From Clostridia bacterium DTU084 (GTDB lineage Bacteria > Bacillota > DTU084), in contig LFTB01000117.1 in the NCBI GenBank assembly GCA_001512905.1, forward strand, positions 4,252 to 36,251: a stretch of DNA of 32,000 nt, given 5' to 3'. This document shows positions 16,854-24,707 of the stretch, one piece after another (the first letter of the stretch is position 1; the number at the start of each line of letters is the position of its first letter). Below the pieces are notes generated by a model, which saw only the letters and a program-made list of their open reading frames with translations, was not told the DNA's origin and made no database searches. The position numbers and the translations under genes are program-made.

Positions 16854-16905
16854 TACAAACGTGCTCCTAACACCAACCAAGTTTTTGGAAAAATATAACA
16901 AATAG
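16837..16905 (+). pseudogene. PIN-domain (VapC-like) toxin remnant of 22 codons
   Basis: My own translation gives MRIMIDTNVLLTPTKFLEKYNK*. It overlaps the antitoxin 3' end as in TA operons. It has the N-terminal PIN signature (I/L)DTNVL joined directly to a C-terminal-type tail (TP.eFLe..), so the middle of the domain is missing. Confidence 0.5.
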
Positions 16906-17022
16906 AATTTTGTCTGACCCTCGCTGTTACCAGCGACGTCCTTGCCTGCAGGTTATCGTCCCCGCAGGTTAGGCAATAGGGTTTCTTTCAACCAACCGGA
17001 CTAGCAAACATATCATACGCAT

Positions 17023-17058
17023 AAAAAAAGGGAGCGTACAGGTTTCTGTGCGCTCCCT
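17023..17058 (-). terminator. Second (distal) rho-independent terminator after the zinc-ribbon gene
   Basis: The minus strand reads AGGGAGCGCACA-GAAACC-TGTACGCTCCCT (12-bp stem with one G-U pair) followed by TTTTTT. Confidence 0.6.
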
Positions 17059-17075
17059 CGTTGCTGAAAATGGAC

Positions 17076-17108
17076 AAAAAAGACGATAGGAAGAAAGTCC
17101 CTATCGCC
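17076..17108 (-). terminator. Proximal rho-independent terminator after the zinc-ribbon gene
   Basis: The minus strand reads GGCGATAGG-GACTTTCTT-CCTATCGTC followed by TTTTTTG. It starts about 10 nt after the stop at 17118. Confidence 0.65.
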
Positions 17109-17117
17109 TTTTAATGT

Positions 17118-17540
17118 TCATTCTTCGTCATCGAAATCTTCGCAGCATGGGCAGCTGATGAGCAAATCCTCCTCGCTGACAAAAAACGATTCGTCACAAT
17201 TTGGGCAAATCAGTTCGTAGTCAGCATCGTCATCGCCCTCAAAAATCTCCTCGCTGTCTATGTACACCAGATCACTGCAGTGGGGACACTCAACTGCGAT
17301 CAGCTCGTCGTCTTCCAGCTCGTAGATGTCGTTTTCCAGTTCTGCCAGATCCTCATCCACGGCATCCAGATACTCGCCCAGTTCTTCGTGCCCGCTCTCA
17401 AGCTGTTCCATTTGATCGCCGATCTGTTCCATAATTCCCAAAAGTTCGTTCCAGACCTGCTGTTCGTTAGGATTCTGTCCTATACCGCTGCCTTGCATCA
17501 GACCCCGCAAATAAGCAACCCGCTCCTTCACTGTGGCCAT
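17118..17540 (-). CDS. Highly acidic zinc-ribbon protein; resembles what I recall as the clostridial CD1247 N-terminal-domain family
   Basis: N-terminus ATVKERVAYLRGLMQG..., a long Asp/Glu-rich helical middle, then CPHC...CPNC plus CPCC. The start is taken as ATG 17540, 10 nt after AGGAGGTG. The family name comes from memory and is unverified. Confidence 0.75.
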   Translation of the reverse strand: MATVKERVAYLRGLMQGSGIGQNPNEQQVWNELLGIMEQIGDQMEQLESGHEELGEYLDAVDEDLAELENDIYELEDDELIAVECPHCSDLVYIDSEEIFEGDDDADYELICPNCDESFFVSEEDLLISCPCCEDFDDEE

Positions 17541-17587
17541 TTTCCTCAAGCACCTCCTGTTAATATTTTTTCTTATCCCAGCTTTCC

Positions 17588-18145
17588 CTATGCGCGGGAG
17601 AGATATTCCCCGCTGCGGGTATCCACCCGCACAACATCGCCGACGTTAACGAACAAAGGCACCTGCACAACTGCGCCTGTTTCTAAAGTAGCTGGTTTCG
17701 AACCACCGGAGGCTGTATCTCCTTTGAGGCCTGGATCTGTGTCCACCACAGCCAGCTCCACGGTAGTAGGCAGTTCCACCCCAATAGGCTGGCCATGATA
17801 AAGGGCAACTTCCAGTTCCATGTTTTCCTTGAGGAATTTGGTGGCATCTCCCAGGGTCTCCGCTGAAAGGTTTATCTGTTCGTAGCTTTCCATATCCATG
17901 ACTACGTACTCTGAGTCTGTTTTATATAAAAATTGCATGGTGCGGTAATCTACCCGGGCCTGCTCCACCCGCTCTCCTGCCCGGAAGGTGCGCTCTAAAA
18001 CTACCCCTGTCTGCAGGTTCTTGAGTTTGGTCCGCACAAAGGCAGCTCCTTTGCCTGGCTTGACGTGCAAAAACTCGATAACCTGCCAAACGCTGCCTTC
18101 CAGCTCAATTGTCAGGCCTGGACGCAAATCGTTTACTGAAATCAA
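17588..18145 (-). CDS. efp: Elongation factor P
   Basis: [10 protein letters not shown]...[16 protein letters not shown] (conserved modified-Lys loop); 185 aa. TTG start 6 nt after GAAGGAGGA. Confidence 0.97.
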   Translation of the reverse strand: MISVNDLRPGLTIELEGSVWQVIEFLHVKPGKGAAFVRTKLKNLQTGVVLERTFRAGERVEQARVDYRTMQFLYKTDSEYVVMDMESYEQINLSAETLGDATKFLKENMELEVALYHGQPIGVELPTTVELAVVDTDPGLKGDTASGGSKPATLETGAVVQVPLFVNVGDVVRVDTRSGEYLSRA

Positions 18146-18221
18146 AGTGTTTCCTCCTTCTTCCCTAGTTCAAGAATATATTCTGCACCACAGGGCCAAT
18201 TCCTGCCTCCGAAAAAAGATT

Positions 18222-19271
18222 TTAGCCAACAGAAACTAATTCTTTTTTCGTTTTGCTCAATATTTCCCTGCCATCTTCTTTTACAAGGACCAAATCTTCG
18301 ATCCTCACGCCTCCCCACCCGGCAAGATATATTCCCGGCTCCACTGTAACCACCATGCCGGCAGCAAGCTCCCCCTCTCCCTTTGGAGACAGGCGGGGTT
18401 CCTCGTGAACCTCAAGGCCCACTCCGTGGCCTAGCCCGTGGCCAAAGGCGTCTGCGTATCCTGCAGCACCGATCACGCTGCGGGCTGTAGCATCAAGCTC
18501 CCTTGCCCCCATCCCTGCCTGCAGGGCCTCAAGGCCCACAAGCTGGGCGTCCAAAACCAGCTGATAGATCTCCTGCTGCTTTGCTGATGGCTCCCCAACC
18601 ACAAAGGTCCTGGTTAAATCTGCACAATACCCCTGCCATTTGGCGCCGCAGTCGATAACCACAAAGTCTCCCCACCCCAGGCGCCTAGATCCAGGCTGCG
18701 CATGAGGGAGGGCAGAATTTGGCCCGCTGGCAACGATGGTGGGAAAGGCTGCGCCTTCCGCACCCAAAAGGCGCATTTGGTACTCCAGCTCTGCAGCTGC
18801 CTCAAGTTCCGAAACCCCAACTTTAAGCTTGGGCAGGAGCTTCGCTAAGGCCGAATCTGTTATCTCTGCAGCTTTTGCTATTTTCTGGATTTCCTCCTCG
18901 TCCTTTACCTGCCTCAGGGAACTTATCCCCTTGAGGGGAACCAGTTTTCCCGGAAGAGCTTCTCTGTACTCTTCATATTGGGTGTAGCTTAAAGCTTCTG
19001 CCTCAAAAGCAATCCTCTGGTATTTGTCTGCAAACTGAGGGAGGGTTTCTAAAAGCTCCTGGGTCTGGATCACTGTGAAGTCTGGGGCTTGGTTTTTCGC
19101 TTGTTCAGTATAGCGGGAGTCTGTAAAAAGGAGCCTTTGTCCAGGACTTATCAGAAGGCAGCCTGCGCTGCCTGTAAAGCCTGAAAAATAGCTGCGGTTC
19201 GGCTGACTTGTAATCAGCACTCCGTCTGCCTGCTTTTCCATGTAGGCAAAAAGTCTCTCTAACCTCTCCAT
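18222..19271 (-). CDS. M24-family Xaa-Pro aminopeptidase/dipeptidase
   Basis: 349 aa with a creatinase-like N-domain and pita-bread metal ligands ([45 protein letters not shown]). The position next to efp is conserved in Firmicutes. Confidence 0.9.
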   Translation of the reverse strand: MERLERLFAYMEKQADGVLITSQPNRSYFSGFTGSAGCLLISPGQRLLFTDSRYTEQAKNQAPDFTVIQTQELLETLPQFADKYQRIAFEAEALSYTQYEEYREALPGKLVPLKGISSLRQVKDEEEIQKIAKAAEITDSALAKLLPKLKVGVSELEAAAELEYQMRLLGAEGAAFPTIVASGPNSALPHAQPGSRRLGWGDFVVIDCGAKWQGYCADLTRTFVVGEPSAKQQEIYQLVLDAQLVGLEALQAGMGARELDATARSVIGAAGYADAFGHGLGHGVGLEVHEEPRLSPKGEGELAAGMVVTVEPGIYLAGWGGVRIEDLVLVKEDGREILSKTKKELVSVG

Positions 19272-19282
19272 AGCTTCCTCCC

Positions 19283-19744
19283 TTAATCAGTCGCCTCACC
19301 GGCAGCATCCTGAGGCTTGAGGTGGCGGCAGAGGGCCTCAAGCCCTAATATGTAGCTGGCCGGGCCGAAACCTGAGATCTGCCCGAGGCATACACCTGCA
19401 GTGACGCTTTTGTGCCTGAACTCTTCCCTGGCATAGATGTTGGACAGGTGCACTTCAACTGCAGGTATCTGCACTGCAGCCAGACAATCCCGCAGGGCGT
19501 AGCTGTAGTGGGTGAGGGCAGCAGGATTTATGAGGATCCCCTGACACTGGTTCCGGTAGCGGCTGATGAGGTCCAACAGCTCCCCTTCGTGATTGGACTG
19601 GTAGATAACAAGCTCCACCCCTAGTTCCTTTGCCCGCTCCATGAGCTTATGGTTTATTGCATCGAGGCTATTGCGGCCGTATATGCCAGGCTCCCGCTCC
19701 CCAAGGAGCTGCAAATTCGGTCCGTGCAAAACTAAAATCTTCAT
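19283..19744 (-). CDS. aroQ: Type II 3-dehydroquinate dehydratase
   Basis: [23 protein letters not shown]...SNHEGELLD...[10 protein letters not shown]...EVHLSNI. ATG 19744 overlaps the aroB stop (ATGA). Confidence 0.95.
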   Translation of the reverse strand: MKILVLHGPNLQLLGEREPGIYGRNSLDAINHKLMERAKELGVELVIYQSNHEGELLDLISRYRNQCQGILINPAALTHYSYALRDCLAAVQIPAVEVHLSNIYAREEFRHKSVTAGVCLGQISGFGPASYILGLEALCRHLKPQDAAGEATD

Positions 19745-20853
19745 TTCCCCGCCTCCCCGCAAAGTTCCCTGACGATCTCCTCAAGCAGCTTTTGCGGCAC
19801 TGTGCCTACCTCCACCTTGCCGATTTCCACAGGCAACACAAAGCGCACCTCGCCCTTCTGCACTTTTTTGTCCCGGCTGAGGTGCCCTAATATTTCCTGT
19901 GCGAGGTTGTTCCTCTGCACGCTCTGTGGCACTGCAACAGGCAGGCCTAACCTTGCGAGAATGCTTGTTATTTGCTGACACGACTCCTGGGAGAAACGCC
20001 CCAGCCTCGCAGCCAGCCTCGCAACTCCAACCAGGCCTATTGCCACTGCTTCGCCGTGGCGGAAAACTTTATAGCCTGTGGCAGCCTCAAGGCCATGGCC
20101 GATAGTATGACCTAAATTCAGGATCATCCTCAGGCCCGATTCCCGCTCGTCTTTTTCCACAACATCGGCTTTGATTTTAATGGACTGGACAACCAGCTTC
20201 CTGATCACGTCAGGATCTTTGGCCTTAATGAGGGGAAGGTGGTTTACCAAAAGCTGCCAGATCTCCCCTCCTGCCAGGACTCCGTATTTGACGATCTCTG
20301 CAAGGCCCACCTGCCACTCCCGCTCAGGCAGGGTGTTGAGGGCGGCAAGATCTGCAAGCACCAAAGATGGCTGGTAGAAGGCGCCGATTAAATTTTTCCC
20401 CTTGGGGTGGTTCACAGCAACCTTTCCCCCTACGCTGCTGTCCACCTGGGCAAGAAGGCTTGTAGGAACCTGAACGAAAGCAATTCCCCGCAGGTATGTG
20501 GCTGCAGCAAAGCCTCCCAAGTCGCCAACCACCCCTCCCCCCAAGGCCCAGAGGCTTCCCTGCCGCTCGATTTTCGCCTCGAGCAAAGCGTCGTAAACTT
20601 CATTTAAGACGGCAAAATTTTTGTGGTCCTCGCCATCTGGCATCTGGTAGATAAAGGTCTGGATCCCTGCTTTCTCAAGGGAATCCACAAGCTTTTGGCC
20701 GTAAAGGGGCCCTACAGTGGTATTGGTCAAAACAAAGGCCTGCCTTGTATTTGGAAGATACTCCCGTGCCAAGCTCCCTGCCTTTGGGATGATGTCTTCA
20801 TCTACCAGGATTTGATAACTATTCTCCCCTAGATTCTGCCTGATTATGTCCAC
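19741..20853 (-). CDS. aroB: 3-dehydroquinate synthase
   Basis: [42 protein letters not shown]. The ORF-track start 20988 lies inside aroK. ATG 20862 abuts GGAGGA with no spacer, so GTG 20853 (9-nt spacing) is preferred. Either start overlaps the aroK 3' end. Confidence 0.93.
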   Translation of the reverse strand: MDIIRQNLGENSYQILVDEDIIPKAGSLAREYLPNTRQAFVLTNTTVGPLYGQKLVDSLEKAGIQTFIYQMPDGEDHKNFAVLNEVYDALLEAKIERQGSLWALGGGVVGDLGGFAAATYLRGIAFVQVPTSLLAQVDSSVGGKVAVNHPKGKNLIGAFYQPSLVLADLAALNTLPEREWQVGLAEIVKYGVLAGGEIWQLLVNHLPLIKAKDPDVIRKLVVQSIKIKADVVEKDERESGLRMILNLGHTIGHGLEAATGYKVFRHGEAVAIGLVGVARLAARLGRFSQESCQQITSILARLGLPVAVPQSVQRNNLAQEILGHLSRDKKVQKGEVRFVLPVEIGKVEVGTVPQKLLEEIVRELCGEAGK

Positions 20854-21358
20854 TGCTACCATTCCTCCGTCCTGCGATAATTCTCTCCACAATTGCCTCG
20901 GGTTCTTCCCTGCCGTCAATGTGCAGGTGGGCCCGCTTGTAGCTGGACTCCCGCTGGCAAAACAGCTCCTGAAATTTGGCAAACCCATCCTTCAAAAGGG
21001 GCCGCACAGCTGCCCCCTCCTCTTTTCCTGTGCGCTCCCAGAGAACCTCAAGGGGAACCTCAAGGTACACCACCGTGGCTTTTAAAAGAAGAAGCTCCAG
21101 GGTTTCACGCCTGGTTACCGCCCCTCCCCCTGTGGCCAAAACCATCTGCTCTTCTGCGAGCAGTTCCCTGATGGTTTCGGCTTCAAGCCTTCGGAAACCT
21201 TCAGGATCTTTTGAGAGGAGCTCGCTTACAGTACTGCCTGTGCGCTTTTCCATTTCTTCGTCTGAATCAAAAAAGCGCCAGCGCAACTTTTCAGCTAGGA
21301 GCTTGCCAACTGTAGTTTTGCCGGCGCCCATAAAACCAACTAAAGCGATCCTGTTCAA
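20819..21358 (-). CDS. aroK: Shikimate kinase
   Basis: IALVGFMGAGKTTVGKLLAEKL (Walker A), DSDEEMEKRTG, TGGGAV. TTG start overlaps the aroC stop (TTGA). Confidence 0.93.
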   Translation of the reverse strand: MNRIALVGFMGAGKTTVGKLLAEKLRWRFFDSDEEMEKRTGSTVSELLSKDPEGFRRLEAETIRELLAEEQMVLATGGGAVTRRETLELLLLKATVVYLEVPLEVLWERTGKEEGAAVRPLLKDGFAKFQELFCQRESSYKRAHLHIDGREEPEAIVERIIAGRRNGSSGHNQAESRGE

Positions 21359-22563
21359 TAGTCCCGGAGCCTCCTTCTGTAGACGGCAAGGCTGCTCTCC
21401 AGATCCCCCAAGGTATCGCCGCCGAACTTCTCGAGGTACGCTTCTGCCAGGACCCAGGCCACCATGGCCTCTGCCACCACAGCTGCAGCAGGCACCACAC
21501 AGGTATCAGAACGCTCCACCTGAGCCTTGGCCTTCCTGTGGGTTTTGATCTCCACAGACTCCAGGGGCTGGTAGAGGGTGGGGATTGGCTTGAGAGCAGC
21601 GCCTAAAATCAGCGGCTCACCGGTTGTAATCCCTCCCTCGAGGCCTCCAGCATTGTTGCTTTCCCGCACGTATTCGCCATGGTAGCTGATCGGGTCGTGA
21701 ACGCGGCTGCCTGGAAGGGACGCTGCCTCTTTTCCCAAGCCCACCCAGACCGCTTTCACAGAGCCGATGCTCATGAGAGCCTGGGCGAGCCTCCCGTCCA
21801 GCCTTCTGTCCCAATGGACGTGGGAGCCCAGCCCCGGCACAAGCCCCCGGGCTGCCACCCGGAAGGTGCCGCCCAAGCTGTCCCCGTTTTCTCTTGCTTG
21901 TTCTATGGCAGAAAGCATTTCCCTTTCTGCTGTCTTGTCTGCGCAGCGCAGGGGAGACTGGTCGAGGCCTTCCAGCTCCTGCCAGGTTTCGTCGCTGCTG
22001 TAGCTGGTAAGAGGGCGAGCTTTTGCTGCCACAGATCCAATCTCTAGGACCTCGCTTCCCAGCTGGACGCCGAGGCGGGCAAGGAGTGCTCGAGCCAGGG
22101 CCCCTGCTGCCACTCTGGCAGCAGTTTCCCTGGCGCTGGCCCGCTCTAAAATGTTCCTCAGATCGTCCTGGTTGTATTTCATCCCGCCTGCCAAATCTGC
22201 ATGGCCAGGCCTTGGAATTGTAACTTTTCCGAGCCTCCCCAGACGGCTGTCTTCAGCAATTTGGGCAGTGTCTTCCCCAGGCAGCTGGGGGTCCATTACT
22301 TTCTGCCACCTTTCCCAGTCCTTGTTGGGGATCAGAAGGGCAATGGGACTGCCCAGGCTTACCCCGGCACGGACGCCGGAGAGGATCGTCACCTGGTCCC
22401 GCTCGATCTTCATCCTCCCGCCCCGGCCTGCCCCCCACTGCCTTCTGGAGAGCTGTTTGTTTACCTCCTCTAAGGAAATGGGAAGGCCGCTGGGCAACCC
22501 CTCAACTATGGTAACGAGCCCTCTGCCGTGGGATTCGCCAGCTGTGAGAAAACGCAATCTCAA
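21355..22563 (-). CDS. aroC: Chorismate synthase
   Basis: MRLRFLTAGESHGRGL, RPGHADL, SARETAARVAAGA, ERSDTCVVPAA. TTG start 7 nt after GAGGAGG, overlapping the secretin stop (TTGA). Confidence 0.96.
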   Translation of the reverse strand: MRLRFLTAGESHGRGLVTIVEGLPSGLPISLEEVNKQLSRRQWGAGRGGRMKIERDQVTILSGVRAGVSLGSPIALLIPNKDWERWQKVMDPQLPGEDTAQIAEDSRLGRLGKVTIPRPGHADLAGGMKYNQDDLRNILERASARETAARVAAGALARALLARLGVQLGSEVLEIGSVAAKARPLTSYSSDETWQELEGLDQSPLRCADKTAEREMLSAIEQARENGDSLGGTFRVAARGLVPGLGSHVHWDRRLDGRLAQALMSIGSVKAVWVGLGKEAASLPGSRVHDPISYHGEYVRESNNAGGLEGGITTGEPLILGAALKPIPTLYQPLESVEIKTHRKAKAQVERSDTCVVPAAAVVAEAMVAWVLAEAYLEKFGGDTLGDLESSLAVYRRRLRDY

Positions 22564-23705
22564 TTAGGTGCCTCCTCTTTTCTGCGCAAGCTTGGTGTGA
22601 CGAGAATCAAGATCTCGCTTTCTACTGTATCAAGTTTTTTCCTTTGAAACAAGCGACCGATAAGGGGAATGCGGCCCAACAGGGGCACACTGGTCCAGCT
22701 TTCAAGCTCTTTCTTCTCCACAAGGCCGCTTAAGACCGCAGTCTCTCCGTCTTTAATCTGAAGAGTTGTGCTGCTCTGCCTGGTTTTGATTTTGGGATAG
22801 TTCTGGGGCGTCCAGCCGGTGACTGAACTGACCTCAGGCTCTATGGTGACGGTAATGGTGCCGTCGCTTTCAAGCTCAGGCAGAAGGGTCAGCTTCACCC
22901 CAGCGTCGATGTAAATGAGCTGCCTTGTGACGCTGCCGTTTACAACATCCTCCACCACCATGGGCACCCGCTCGCCGATGAGGGTGGAGGCAGCTCTGCC
23001 CTCGAGAGCCGTGATGGTGACCCGCTCGAGGGTTGCTGCCTTCCCCTGTTCTTCAAGGGCGCTTAAGACAGGCTCGTAGCCCAGCCCGATCCAGTGCCTG
23101 TTTCCATCTCTATGCACATAGAGACCCGGAAAATTCCAATTGAGGCCTAGCTCTTCCATGGCTGTGCTGCTCACTTCCTCAAGGCGGACCACAAAATCGA
23201 TTTGGGCAGGAGGCTGGTCCAGGGAGGCAACGATCTGCTCTGCCAGCTGCAGCTGATTCTGGCTGCCCCGGACAACCAGCTGCCTGCCGTCTGGCAGCGG
23301 AAAAACCTGCCCCTGTCCCAGAACAAGCCCTAAAGCTCCTGCCACTTCCTGGGGCTTGGCGTGGGAAAGGGAGAAGATCTGCACATTCTGCACTTCCTGG
23401 GAGCTTGCCAGCATCTTCTCCTTGGTTGCGATGACCAAGAGATTCCCGTCAAGCCTATATGCATCGCCCCTGGAGCTGGTTAGATTGTCCAAAGCCTGCA
23501 CCAAGGGTATATCCCGCAGGGAGATGGAGATCTCTCCTGTTACAGATTCGTCCACGATCACGTTGAGGCCGCACATTTTGCCGATGAGCCTGTAGGCATC
23601 AGCTGCAGGAGCAGCTGTAAGCTCCAGCTGTCCAATTACAGGCTCTGAAGATGCAGCTCCCAGCACAAGGCACAAGATGGCGGCTAGACTAATCAGTTGC
23701 CTCAT
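22560..23705 (-). CDS. pilQ: Short secretin (type II/IV secretion system secretin family, PilQ-like)
   Basis: 381 aa with a signal peptide (MRQLISLAAILCLVLGAASS). N0/N1-like modules (ISISLRDIPLVQALDNL..., VQIFSLSHAKPQEVAGAL...). C-terminal secretin core (IYIDAGVKLTLLPEL..., TTLQIKDGETAVLSGL, VPLLGRIPLIGRLFQRKK...ESEILILVTPSL). Confidence 0.85.
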   Translation of the reverse strand: MRQLISLAAILCLVLGAASSEPVIGQLELTAAPAADAYRLIGKMCGLNVIVDESVTGEISISLRDIPLVQALDNLTSSRGDAYRLDGNLLVIATKEKMLASSQEVQNVQIFSLSHAKPQEVAGALGLVLGQGQVFPLPDGRQLVVRGSQNQLQLAEQIVASLDQPPAQIDFVVRLEEVSSTAMEELGLNWNFPGLYVHRDGNRHWIGLGYEPVLSALEEQGKAATLERVTITALEGRAASTLIGERVPMVVEDVVNGSVTRQLIYIDAGVKLTLLPELESDGTITVTIEPEVSSVTGWTPQNYPKIKTRQSSTTLQIKDGETAVLSGLVEKKELESWTSVPLLGRIPLIGRLFQRKKLDTVESEILILVTPSLRRKEEAPN

Positions 23706-24228
23706 TTGCTAAAACCTCCTCCAAGGCGAGCTCTACTTTTTCCGTTCCTTGGGTGAACACAACTGCCCCTGATTGGATCTTGGCCAGCTTCCACCCGTCC
23801 ACTTCCTCGCCTTCCTCCAAGGCCAAAACCTGTCTCCCTTTCTGCAGGAGGGCCATCCTCTTCGCTCCCTCGCCTATTCCCACCAGCTTCCAGAGAAATA
23901 CAGGCTTGGCTTTTGGAGGGCTTTCTGATTGAGGCGGGGGCTGTTGCGGCTGCGGCGGCAGCGGAACAGAAGGGTAACCTCTAGGTTCCTCAGGCTGAGG
24001 CTTTTGAGGTTCTTCTTCTGGCAGAAGGCTCTGAAAGGGGTCTATCCTTCCCACAGGGCCCAGGGAAGGAGGCGGCAGAGGCTCAGGCTCCTCGTGCTTC
24101 AGCTGGGGACTTGTCACAGGGTAGGAAACAGGCTCGGGCTCAGACCAGCCTGCGAAAAAAGCCCAAAAAGCACCTGTGAGGAGGCCAATGGCTGCTGCAG
24201 CAAGGATGAGCTTTCCTTTCAGCGTCAT
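23689..24228 (-). CDS. PilP-like pilus assembly protein (TM anchor, Pro-rich linker, C-terminal beta domain)
   Basis: 179 aa with an N-terminal TM and a linker PLPPQPQQPPPQSESPP. The C-terminus reads WKLVGIGEGAKRMALLQKGRQVLALEEGEEVDGWKLAKIQSGAVVFTQGTEKVEL, like the PilP/GspC HR domain pattern. It sits between the pilO-like gene and the secretin. Confidence 0.6.
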   Translation of the reverse strand: MTLKGKLILAAAAIGLLTGAFWAFFAGWSEPEPVSYPVTSPQLKHEEPEPLPPPSLGPVGRIDPFQSLLPEEEPQKPQPEEPRGYPSVPLPPQPQQPPPQSESPPKAKPVFLWKLVGIGEGAKRMALLQKGRQVLALEEGEEVDGWKLAKIQSGAVVFTQGTEKVELALEEVLANEATD

Positions 24229-24704
24229 GGCCCATCACCCCAGGGGACCCAAAGGAGGACGCTGGCTTTGAGGCTGCCTTTGTCTTCTTTGAAAGAGCAG
24301 GTGCGGATCAAAAAAGCAGTCTCGCTAGAGAGCCTCTCCATGGTTTCAAGTAAGGCAGGGTAGCTGCCTAGATACTCCACAGCAAGGGGCAGCATTAGAA
24401 GTTCCCCTTCTCGATGGAGCTGGTCAGGGGTGATTTTGGCAAGGGTAACGTCAACAGCCCTTGCGGCAACAAGTTTCTGCAGGACAGCTGACAGGCTCCT
24501 TTCTGCCTGCAGCTGGCTTCTAATCCGGTCCTCTTGCGCGGAAACCTCCTGAAGCTTGCGGGCAGCTTCCCGCCCCTGGGCTAGGACTTCCTCTACTGCC
24601 CGCTCTTCTTCTGCCAGGCGCCAAAGGCGCAGGCCGAGGGGGAGAAACAAAGCTAGAACCAAAAGGACAGATGCGAAAGCCAGAAAACTCTTCTTCCTCC
24701 ACAA
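24225..24704 (-). CDS. pilO: PilO-like pilus assembly protein
   Basis: 159 aa with one TM, a coiled coil and a small ferredoxin-like C-domain. It follows pilN. TTG start 8 nt after GGAGGGG. The call rests mainly on architecture and position. Confidence 0.65.
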   Translation of the reverse strand: MWRKKSFLAFASVLLVLALFLPLGLRLWRLAEEERAVEEVLAQGREAARKLQEVSAQEDRIRSQLQAERSLSAVLQKLVAARAVDVTLAKITPDQLHREGELLMLPLAVEYLGSYPALLETMERLSSETAFLIRTCSFKEDKGSLKASVLLWVPWGDGP

Positions 24705-24707
24705 AGG

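Larger units (their letters stand above)
15650..17020. mobile_element. Decayed integrative-element remnant / AT-rich island between spoIIIAA and the efp-side genes
   Basis: There is a clear by-eye drop in GC relative to both flanks. It holds an integrase fragment, frameshifted ORF debris, and an AbrB-type antitoxin with a truncated PIN partner. It is the only plus-strand coding in the window. The boundaries are approximate. Confidence 0.5.

Noticed and set aside
15652-17015. The shared heptamer GACTAGC near both edges of the AT-rich island, considered as possible att direct repeats.
   Set aside because: A 7-mer match between two roughly 140-nt regions is expected by chance. No longer flanking repeat was found by eye.
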